Positions 28,147 through 35,229 of a DNA stretch of 35,229 bases are shown here, piece by piece. Under the pieces are notes generated by a model. The model worked only from the letters and a program-made list of their open reading frames with translations, ran no database searches and was not told where the DNA came from. The stretch's first letter is position 1. Each line of letters starts with the position of its first letter. The DNA is taken from the NCBI GenBank assembly GCA_944358165.1, contig CALVQS010000003.1:1-35229 (forward strand), written 5' to 3'. The translations under genes and the position numbers were made by a program. This DNA comes from an uncultured Bacilli bacterium. GTDB lineage: Bacteria > Bacillota_I > Bacilli_A > RF39 > UBA660.

Positions 28147-29034
28147 CTATTCCTTATATTGTTCTTTTACTTCTTTTAAGAATTTTGCTATTTCTTTTTC
28201 ATGATTTTTAAAAAACCAACTTATATGATTTTTAATGTAATTTTCTCTAATCTCTTTATTATTTAAGTCATATGGACATCTTTTCATTCTTTCATCAATG
28301 CTATCGAAGCCAACAAATTTTTCTTTTAATCTTTCCTGAGCAATTTTGACGTATTCCGGGTTTAATTCTATTCCTATGCAATTTCTATTTAATTGTTGAC
28401 ATACTCTTATACATGTTCCAGAGCCCAAAAAAGGATCTAAGACAGTGTCTTGCTTATTTGAAGAAGTTAAAATCATTCTTTCGTATAATCCTTCTGGCTT
28501 TTGGGTTGGATGTATTTGACGATTTTTATTACAATAATGCATGTGTGAGAATGTCCAAACATTTCCTGGATTAGATCCACGCATATTATTGATCTTTCGA
28601 TAGTATTTTTGAGGGACACGTATATCATCTAAGTTGAATTTAAAGTTTTTTTCATTTTTTGTAAACATTAAAATATCGTCATGTCTAGGTGAAAATCCCC
28701 TAGTCTTCCCTATTCCTTGAGTATAATTCCATGTAATCCAACTATTAAAATACATATGTAATTCTTGTTCTAAAATTATATATATATATGATATATATCT
28801 CATTCCCATAAAAACATATATTGTTCCGTCTTTTTTTAGGACTCTTTTTGCTTCGGATAGCCATTTTCTTGAAAAGTCTAAATATTCTTCAAATTCCAAA
28901 TTATCTTTGCTTAAACCATAATTTTTGCTTAAATTATAAGGTGGATCGGCAATTATCAAATCAATACTTTCGCTTGGTATTTTTTTTAATGCTATTAAAG
29001 CATCATTGCAAATGATCTCTAGTCTTTGATCCAT
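28147..29034 (-). CDS. Type II N6-adenine DNA methyltransferase (beta class), M.HpaI-like
   Basis: DPPY precedes DPFLGSGT, with HPTQKP between them; closely resembles M.HpaI as recalled; overlaps the endonuclease gene by 16 bp. Confidence 0.9.
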   Translation of the reverse strand: MDQRLEIICNDALIALKKIPSESIDLIIADPPYNLSKNYGLSKDNLEFEEYLDFSRKWLSEAKRVLKKDGTIYVFMGMRYISYIYIILEQELHMYFNSWITWNYTQGIGKTRGFSPRHDDILMFTKNEKNFKFNLDDIRVPQKYYRKINNMRGSNPGNVWTFSHMHYCNKNRQIHPTQKPEGLYERMILTSSNKQDTVLDPFLGSGTCIRVCQQLNRNCIGIELNPEYVKIAQERLKEKFVGFDSIDERMKRCPYDLNNKEIRENYIKNHISWFFKNHEKEIAKFLKEVKEQYKE

Positions 29035-29783
29035 TTATTATTTTTTGCCTCTCTATAAAAATCATTTATAGTTCTTCTACTACTTTTTAAATATTTTGAA
29101 TCTAATAATTGACAAAATTGCCAAGTGGTTCTGTATTGATAGGTTACATAATGAATATCTTTTATTTGTATTTGGCCTGTTCCTAAAGCTGGATTATAGT
29201 TAATATCAGAATCAGAAATGTATTTTAGATCATATGCATTATGGGATGTCATTTCCATTATTCCGTCCATTAATCCCGTTTTTTTATTTCTTTCACAATA
29301 TACTTTATATTTTATTGATAAAATAATAAACATGAAATCAGGATCAATTACATATGCAGTCCTAATTCTTGAAAAGGATGTAATATTAGGACTTTTTCCA
29401 GAAGAAATAATGTCATCAGCTGTAGCTTTTACATCTATATTTCCCGTGATTGAATGATTGTCTTTTTTAAATTGCAGAATTATATCAGCAATTCCTAGTC
29501 GCTGTTGAGCTTCAACATTGATTAGAGAATATTTATTTTCTGAAATATTTTTAATTTCTGAAAAAACTTCCGTTGCCCAAGCTTCAATCATAGGACCAGC
29601 AATCTTGTTTATATTTTCTAAGGGGAGTCCCATTTTTAAATTTGTGTTTAAAATTATTTTATAGTTATTTGCTTTTATTCTATCTTCTAATATTGAATTA
29701 ATAGTTTCTATAACAAATTTACTATCCTCTTTGTATGTTTTGCTTTCTATTGGTATTTTAAAGTTTAAATCTTTATATTCCAT
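29019..29783 (-). CDS. Type II restriction endonuclease, HpaI-like (predicted site GTTAAC)
   Basis: PD-(D/E)xK-type ADII…DVK; segments GLPLENINKIAGPMIEAWA, GKSPNITSFSRIRTAY and YNPALGTGQIQIKDIHYV recalled from R.HpaI; 254 aa from ATG 29783 after AAGGAG. Confidence 0.8.
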   Translation of the reverse strand: MEYKDLNFKIPIESKTYKEDSKFVIETINSILEDRIKANNYKIILNTNLKMGLPLENINKIAGPMIEAWATEVFSEIKNISENKYSLINVEAQQRLGIADIILQFKKDNHSITGNIDVKATADDIISSGKSPNITSFSRIRTAYVIDPDFMFIILSIKYKVYCERNKKTGLMDGIMEMTSHNAYDLKYISDSDINYNPALGTGQIQIKDIHYVTYQYRTTWQFCQLLDSKYLKSSRRTINDFYREAKNNKWIKD

Positions 29784-29845
29784 AAATATCATTCTCCTTA
29801 AATTAATTATACTATAAAAAAATATTTATTGGAATATTTCTTAAA

Positions 29846-30598
29846 TTAAAAACAAAAATAATTAAATAAGATTAATACCGTACCTATTAATAATCCTAAG
29901 TATAAATATTTGTTTAAATTGTATTTTTTAGCTTTTGGAAATATGACTTCTATTGCTAATGTAATCATGATTCCACCAACTAACAAGAGAATCATACTGA
30001 TTAGTTCATCTGTAATATATTTACTTAAGAATATATAGGCAATGATTGCTCCAATTGGTTCAGCAATACCAGATAAGAATGTTTTAAAAATAGCATTCTT
30101 TTTTGATCTAGTAGCATAATAAATAGGCACGGCAATAGAAATACCTTCTGGAATATTGTGGAATGCTATTGCAAGGCTTAGTTTTAATCCAAGTTCGATA
30201 TCTTTATAAGAACTCATAAATGTAGCAATTCCTTCAGGAAAGTTATGGAGAATTAATGCTAGCATATTTAATATACCAAGTTTATATAAATCATTTTTTG
30301 CTTCGGTTTTATTCATGAGTTTGTGTAAGTATTTTACAAGGATAATTCCAATTATAAAGGAAATTAAAGAAATAAGTATTCCCTTCCCTATTTTATAATT
30401 AGAAATCAAGATATAAGTTGATTCTGGTATTAAATCCGTGATACTAATACCAATCATAATGGCTAAAGAAAAAGATAGTGATGCAGTTATAAATTTGTTA
30501 ATATTTTGTTCTTTCCATTTAAAAAAAATGACAAAAGAGCCTAAAATTGTGGATAAACCTGCAATGGTAGAAACTAGTAATGCACCAATTATTTCCAT
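29846..30598 (-). CDS. ZIP family (ZupT-like) metal transporter
   Basis: LHNFPEG, AFHNIPEGISIAVP and SGIAEPIGA. Confidence 0.92.
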   Translation of the reverse strand: MEIIGALLVSTIAGLSTILGSFVIFFKWKEQNINKFITASLSFSLAIMIGISITDLIPESTYILISNYKIGKGILISLISFIIGIILVKYLHKLMNKTEAKNDLYKLGILNMLALILHNFPEGIATFMSSYKDIELGLKLSLAIAFHNIPEGISIAVPIYYATRSKKNAIFKTFLSGIAEPIGAIIAYIFLSKYITDELISMILLLVGGIMITLAIEVIFPKAKKYNLNKYLYLGLLIGTVLILFNYFCF

Positions 30599-30668
30599 AA
30601 CATCACCACTTAATTATATGAATTCTTTTATTTAATTAGTCCATAATAATAGTGGGAGGTAAAAGAAC

Positions 30669-30788
30669 ATGAAAAATAATAGAGAAAATAAGAACTCTAA
30701 AAATAATAAGAATTGTAGAAGTTCAAAAAGCGAATCTAGAAATTCTAGAAACGAAAGAAGTTCTAAAGCTAATAGAGAAGCTCGCTAA
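30669..30788 (+). CDS. 39-aa basic N/K/R/S-rich peptide (MKNNRENKNSKNNKNCRSSKSESRNSRNERSSKANREAR), possible small spore protein; not in the ORF track
   Basis: GGGAGGT RBS, sigma-G-like GAATT-17-CATAATA promoter (30620-30648) and a terminator immediately downstream. Confidence 0.7.
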   Translation: MKNNRENKNSKNNKNCRSSKSESRNSRNERSSKANREAR

Positions 30789-30793
30789 TTTTC

Positions 30794-30822
30794 AAAAGCC
30801 ACGATTTAATGGTGGCTTTTTT
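30794..30822. terminator. Probable bidirectional terminator between the small peptide gene and xerD
   Basis: AAAAGCCA…TGGCTTTT hairpin with A and T runs on either side. Confidence 0.65.
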
Positions 30823-31732
30823 CATGTAATAAAGGATGTTTTTCGTATTCTTGTTCTAGTTTTTCGTTTGATAAATGAGTATAAATTTGCGTGGTTGAAA
30901 TATCACTATGACCAAGTAACTCTTGAACCACTCTTAGATCTGCACCATTATTTAGTAGATGAGTCGCAAAGGAATGTCTTAGAATATGAGGACTAATATT
31001 TTTTTTGATTCCTTTTTCTTGGCATAATTTTTTAATGTATTTAAAGAAAGCTTGCCTTGTGATATTCGTGTGTCTAGAACTAATAAATACATATTCACTA
31101 GATTTGGTTCCAAGTAACTCTCCCCTACCAAATTTTAAATATTCTTCTAAAGCAGCAATGGCTGTATCACCAATAGGAACTAGTCTTTCTTTACTACCTT
31201 TTCCAAATACTTTTATTAAATGATCTTCTAAGAATAGATTACTCATGGTTAAATTTACTAATTCACTAATACGCATACCTGTTGCATATAATGTTTCTAA
31301 CATAGCTTTATTCCTTAGTTCATAAGCAGTGCTTGCTCGGATATTTAAGAGATTGTCTACTTCTTCAATCGTTAAATAATCTGGCAGTTTTTTCTCTAAT
31401 TTTGGCATTTTAATTCCATCACAAGGATTTTTAGATATTAGGTTATTTTCTACTAAATATTTATAGAAATTATTAATAGAAGTTAAATATCTTGCTTTGG
31501 TTTTGCTAGATTTGTCGTTTTTACGTAAATACTCTTGAATATCTTCTTTGTTTAAATTTTTAATATTTTTTCCTTTGTAATATTTTGCTAATAAATAAAG
31601 ATCGGTTTTATAAGATTCTCTTGTGTTTTTGCTGGTATTATATTCTGTGCTAATATATTCGTTCATGTATTTATCTAGTTCTTTATTTGTTTTTAAGATT
31701 TCTTCTAGTTCCTCTTTTTTCACTCTTATCAC
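30806..31732 (-). CDS. xerD: Site-specific tyrosine recombinase, XerD/RipX-like
   Basis: TGMRISEL, GKGSKER, HILRHSFATHLL..GADLR and LLGH…TTQIYTH give the complete R-K-H-R-H-Y set. Confidence 0.88.
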   Translation of the reverse strand: MIRVKKEELEEILKTNKELDKYMNEYISTEYNTSKNTRESYKTDLYLLAKYYKGKNIKNLNKEDIQEYLRKNDKSSKTKARYLTSINNFYKYLVENNLISKNPCDGIKMPKLEKKLPDYLTIEEVDNLLNIRASTAYELRNKAMLETLYATGMRISELVNLTMSNLFLEDHLIKVFGKGSKERLVPIGDTAIAALEEYLKFGRGELLGTKSSEYVFISSRHTNITRQAFFKYIKKLCQEKGIKKNISPHILRHSFATHLLNNGADLRVVQELLGHSDISTTQIYTHLSNEKLEQEYEKHPLLHEKSHH

Positions 31733-31763
31733 CTATTTTAATTATAGCACAAAAATTTAAATC

Positions 31764-31792
31764 TTGACACGCATACGTTTGTATTATATACT
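31764..31792 (+). promoter_or_regulatory. Sigma-A promoter for GNAT-rarA-gpsA
   Basis: TTGACA-17 bp-TATACT; the ORF track's TTG start at 31764 coincides with the -35 element. Confidence 0.7.
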
Positions 31793-31832
31793 ATTGTTAG
31801 TTAGAAATTGTATAATTATAGGTAGGTATAGT

Positions 31833-32273
31833 ATGATTAAAAAATTAGATGAATCTTATTATGATGAATTGTATTCTTTAGAAATGGAAATATTTGAATA
31901 TCATCAGAAAAAAAGGCCAAATGATTTTAAAGAAATTCCATTTTCTAAGAATATCTATCATAATTTAGTAAGTTCTGGCCATTATTTGATTTATGGATAT
32001 TTTGTAGAAGAAAAATTAGTTGGAGTTATCTATGCTAATCAAAGAGAAAATATTTATTATATTGATGATGTTGTGGTAAAAAGTACTTATCGGAATCAAG
32101 GGATAGGAACAAATTTATTTAAATGTATTGAACAACAAGCTATAAAAGATAATATTAAGCGAATTGAACTTAGTGTATGGAGTTTTAATGAGAATGCTAT
32201 GCAGTTTTATCAAAAAATTGGTTTTACTCCGAAGGTTATTCGTTATGAAAAAATAATAAAAGAAGAGGTATAA
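31833..32273 (+). CDS. GNAT family N-acetyltransferase
   Basis: YRNQGIGT acetyl-CoA motif and N..A..FYQKIGF; start ATG 31833 follows AGGT. Confidence 0.88.
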   Translation: MIKKLDESYYDELYSLEMEIFEYHQKKRPNDFKEIPFSKNIYHNLVSSGHYLIYGYFVEEKLVGVIYANQRENIYYIDDVVVKSTYRNQGIGTNLFKCIEQQAIKDNIKRIELSVWSFNENAMQFYQKIGFTPKVIRYEKIIKEEV

Positions 32274-32275
32274 AG

Positions 32276-33475
32276 ATGGAATTACTGGCAAATATGCTTC
32301 GACCTAAATCTTTAGATGAAGTAATTGGACAAAAACATTTGATTGGAGAAGATAAAGTTCTTACAAATTTAGTTAAGAATGGAAAAATATTTTCTATGAT
32401 TCTTTATGGAAAGCCTGGGATTGGAAAGACTAGCATTGCTAATGCTTTAATTCATGAGTTACATATTCGTTCGAAGTTTTTAAATGCTACAACTAATAAT
32501 AAAGCTGATTTTGATATTGCAATTGAAGAAGCAAAAATGTATGGGGAAATGATTTTGGTAATAGATGAAATTCATAGAATGAATAAAGATAAACAAGATA
32601 TTCTGCTTCCTCATATTGAATCTGGTTTGATTATCTTAATTGGGCTTACTACTTCGAATCCTTATCATAAGATTAATCCGGCGATTAGAAGTAGATGTCA
32701 AATTTTTGAATTAAAAGAACTTAGTAATGATGATATTGTGGAAGGACTTAAAAGAGCAAAAGATTATTTGCCAAATTTAAAAATTGATGATGATACTTTA
32801 AAATATATTGCCATGTTATCATCTGGAGATTTTAGATCAGCGATTAATACTTTGGAAGTATCTTATTATGCGACAAATGATCATGTTATTACAATTGATG
32901 ACGTTAAAAAAATCAATAATAAACCGGTATTCTTTCATGATAAAGATGAAGATGGACATTATCAAGTTTTAAGTGCTTTTCAAAAATCGATTCGTGGAAG
33001 TGATGTTGATGCAGCCCTACATTATTTAGCAAGACTTATTGTTGCGGGTGATTTAGATAGTATATACCGAAGAATGAGTGTTATTGCCTATGAAGATATT
33101 GGACTTGCGAATCCAGCGATGGGGCCAAAAGTTATGGCAGCGATTCATGCAGCAGAGCTAGTAGGACTTCCAGAAGCAAGAATTCCTTTGGGACAAGTTG
33201 TAACAGAACTTGCATTATCTCCAAAAAGCAACAGTACCCTACTGGCAATCGATGAGGCAATTAATGATATTAATAAAGGACTTGCTGGAGAAATTCCCAA
33301 ACATATTATTGAGGGTTCTCCTGATTATGTTTATCCTCATAATTTTAAAAATGATTATGTATATCAGGAATATATGCCAGATAAGTTAAAAAATAAAAAA
33401 TATTATCATAAGAAAGATAATAAATACGAAAGTAATTTGAATAGAATATATGATGAAATGAGGAGTGGAAAATGA
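32276..33475 (+). CDS. rarA: Replication-associated recombination protein A
   Basis: LRPKSLDEVIGQ, GKPGIGKT, IDEIHR, SAFQKSIRGSD, EDIGLA and YVYPH. Confidence 0.96.
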   Translation: MELLANMLRPKSLDEVIGQKHLIGEDKVLTNLVKNGKIFSMILYGKPGIGKTSIANALIHELHIRSKFLNATTNNKADFDIAIEEAKMYGEMILVIDEIHRMNKDKQDILLPHIESGLIILIGLTTSNPYHKINPAIRSRCQIFELKELSNDDIVEGLKRAKDYLPNLKIDDDTLKYIAMLSSGDFRSAINTLEVSYYATNDHVITIDDVKKINNKPVFFHDKDEDGHYQVLSAFQKSIRGSDVDAALHYLARLIVAGDLDSIYRRMSVIAYEDIGLANPAMGPKVMAAIHAAELVGLPEARIPLGQVVTELALSPKSNSTLLAIDEAINDINKGLAGEIPKHIIEGSPDYVYPHNFKNDYVYQEYMPDKLKNKKYYHKKDNKYESNLNRIYDEMRSGK

Positions 33476-34446
33476 AAATAAGTGTAATTGGAACAGGTAT
33501 TTACGGTACCTCTTTAGCACTTGATATGGTAAGTAATGGACATGATGTTACAATGTGGACTGAAAGTGAAGAATTAGCAAAACATTTTCGTGAAAAACAC
33601 GATTTAAAGCCTATTACAGACGTGTTTATTCCTGATTCAATAAAAGTTACGAATGAACTAAAAGATGCTTTAGAAAACGTTGATTTTGTTGTTTTAGCTA
33701 CATCTGCTAAATATGTCAGAACGACTTGTCAAAATATGAAGAAGTATTTTAATACTTTAACCCCTATTTGTATTGCATCTAAAGGAATTGAAAATGATAC
33801 TTATTCTTTTTTATCTGATATTGTACGAAGTGAATTAAAAGCAAAACATATTGCTGTTATTTCTGGACCTACTTTTGCAGTAGATTTAATCAATAATGAA
33901 CCAGTAGCACTATCTGCTGCCGTAACAAGTAATAAAGCTTTTAAATATACTTTTATGGCTTTTGCTAATGAAAGAGTGAAATTAAGAGAAAATAGAGATT
34001 TATATGGTACTCAACTTTGCGGTAGTATTAAAAATGTGATTGCAATTGCATCAGGAATGCTTGATGGATTAGGTTTTAGTGAGTCTACTAGAGCATTCTT
34101 AATTACGGAATCTATGCATGATATTAAAGAATTGCTTGAAAAAATGGAATGTAACCCTAAAACGATTGTGTCTTTTGCAGGAATTGGCGATTTAATGCTT
34201 ACTGCAGGTTCTCCAAAAAGTAGAAATTATCGTTATGGGAAATTACTTGGTGAGCGAAAAACAAAAGAAGAAATTGATGATTATTTAAAACATAATACGA
34301 CGGAAGGATATTATACCCTACTCTCTATTAAAGGCTTAACTAAAAACAGAAAAATTAAAATGCCAATTATTAATATTATCTATGATATTGCTATTAACGG
34401 GAAAGATCCAGAAGAAATTGTTGATTTTCTTATTACAAAAGCATAA
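33472..34446 (+). CDS. gpsA: NAD(P)H-dependent glycerol-3-phosphate dehydrogenase
   Basis: GTGIYGTSLA, ASKGIE, ISGPTFA, KNVIAIA and GIGDL…SRN. Confidence 0.95.
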   Translation: MKISVIGTGIYGTSLALDMVSNGHDVTMWTESEELAKHFREKHDLKPITDVFIPDSIKVTNELKDALENVDFVVLATSAKYVRTTCQNMKKYFNTLTPICIASKGIENDTYSFLSDIVRSELKAKHIAVISGPTFAVDLINNEPVALSAAVTSNKAFKYTFMAFANERVKLRENRDLYGTQLCGSIKNVIAIASGMLDGLGFSESTRAFLITESMHDIKELLEKMECNPKTIVSFAGIGDLMLTAGSPKSRNYRYGKLLGERKTKEEIDDYLKHNTTEGYYTLLSIKGLTKNRKIKMPIINIIYDIAINGKDPEEIVDFLITKA

Positions 34447-34466
34447 CCTCAAGATTATTCTTGAGG
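34447..34466. terminator. Hairpin between convergent gpsA and tcdA
   Basis: 8-bp stem CCTCAAGA-TTAT-TCTTGAGG. Confidence 0.6.
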
Positions 34467-35135
34467 CTTTATAATGTCTAAAAATACATAGTTTGCTAAA
34501 TAAATACCAGCGGTTGCGGGCACAAAGATAGCAGAAGCAATCACTTTATCTTTGTTTCTTACTTCTTCTTTACTAAATACAACGGGTATTTTTATATTTA
34601 AGTTTTCTTTTCTTACTAAGTTTCTTAGTTTTTTAGCTAAGGGATCATTTTCGGTTTTATCTAGTGTTGTTATTTGTAAATAGGTTGGATTTAATTTTTT
34701 CCCAGTTCCTAAAGCACTAATTATCTTAATATTTTTTGCTTCTGCATATCTAATTAATTCTACTTTGATAAAAATATCATCACAAGCATCAATAATATAG
34801 TCATAATCATCTTTTATATAGTTCTGAAAATTTTCTTTTGTTAAAAATGCTTTTATACCTTTTAGGTTAAGAGAACTATTTATTTTGTTATATCTATTTA
34901 AAGCTTCATCTACTTTAAAATGATTTATATTTTCTTTATTGGTAATTAATTGTCTATTTAGATTTGATTCATCAATGGTATCTCCATCAATAATCGTAAT
35001 ATTTTCAAATCCACTTCGAACTAAGCATTCTAAAGTAAGGCCACCTACTCCACCAATACCTACTAATAATATTTTAGTATTTTTAATTTTATTTAAGTTT
35101 TCTTCACCAATTAAGGGAATTAATCTTTCAAACAT
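34455..35135 (-). CDS. tcdA: ThiF-family tRNA threonylcarbamoyladenosine dehydratase (TcdA/YrvM)
   Basis: GIGGVGG, D.D….SNLNRQ, IIDACD, T.NDPLAK.LR and VVFSKE. Confidence 0.88.
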   Translation of the reverse strand: MFERLIPLIGEENLNKIKNTKILLVGIGGVGGLTLECLVRSGFENITIIDGDTIDESNLNRQLITNKENINHFKVDEALNRYNKINSSLNLKGIKAFLTKENFQNYIKDDYDYIIDACDDIFIKVELIRYAEAKNIKIISALGTGKKLNPTYLQITTLDKTENDPLAKKLRNLVRKENLNIKIPVVFSKEEVRNKDKVIASAIFVPATAGIYLANYVFLDIIKPQE

Positions 35136-35162
35136 ATTGAATCACCATGGATATTATAGCAA

Positions 35163-35229
35163 ATAAAAACCCAGATGGAAAGTCTATCTGGTGATAAAAA
35201 ACCCGCTCTCGCGAGGTGGTAAGAAACAT
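35163..35229 (-). ncRNA. ssrS: 3' part of 6S RNA plus terminator, truncated by the window edge
   Basis: Minus strand reads CCACCTCGCGAGAGCGGGTT, like the recalled B. subtilis 6S-1 motif CCACCTGCTGAGAGCGGGTT, then hairpin CCAGAT…ATCTGG and a T-run; upstream of tcdA/yrvM as in Bacillus. Confidence 0.72.

Noticed and set aside
31768-31781. LexA (Cheo) box in the GNAT-rarA promoter
   Set aside because: Only the GTTTG half matches; the GAAC half is absent.
30806-32273. Integron-like arrangement (tyrosine recombinase divergent from a GNAT gene)
   Set aside because: The recombinase is XerD-like without the IntI insertion, no attC sites are seen, and the GNAT gene is in an operon with rarA.
4459-35166. 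Short ORF-track entries nested in or antisense to real genes (e.g. 4459-4740, 5413-5613, 8134-8316, 9360-9569, 17080-17382, 26689-27045, 29218-29457, 34939-35166)
   Set aside because: They overlap well-supported genes, lack recognisable motifs and have the composition typical of shadow ORFs.
1-35229. CRISPR array, prophage, IS element, retron or DGR
   Set aside because: No regularly spaced repeats, cas, transposase, reverse transcriptase or phage structural genes were seen.

Overview
AT-rich chromosomal segment of a low-GC Firmicute using the standard genetic code; gene content suggests a reduced, probably spore-forming Bacilli lineage such as RF39 (inference). It is mostly housekeeping: glyA-tmk-queA, uvrC, dnaG-rpoD-trmK, tig, lon, murF, mutY, mnmA, xerD, rarA, gpsA, tcdA and the 3' end of 6S RNA. 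A Bacillus-type dif site sits at 28053-28080, with gene orientation shifting around it, so this is probably the replication terminus. An HpaI-like type II restriction-modification pair lies immediately beside dif. Accessory or unusual elements include a two-gene RnfC/RnfD-like module with eroded flavin/NADH motifs, a thioester-domain surface protein paired with a sortase that has Gln in place of the catalytic Arg, a pilC-pilD pair, an amidoligase and an ATP-grasp ligase flanking tig, three small proteins missing from the ORF track, sporulation-type promoters, and several structured non-coding segments. The best novel candidate is a short bistable RNA with a sigma-A promoter preceded by three Spo0A-like boxes (24034-24204). 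All calls come from reading motifs by eye and from recalled family knowledge; no searches or folding programs were run.
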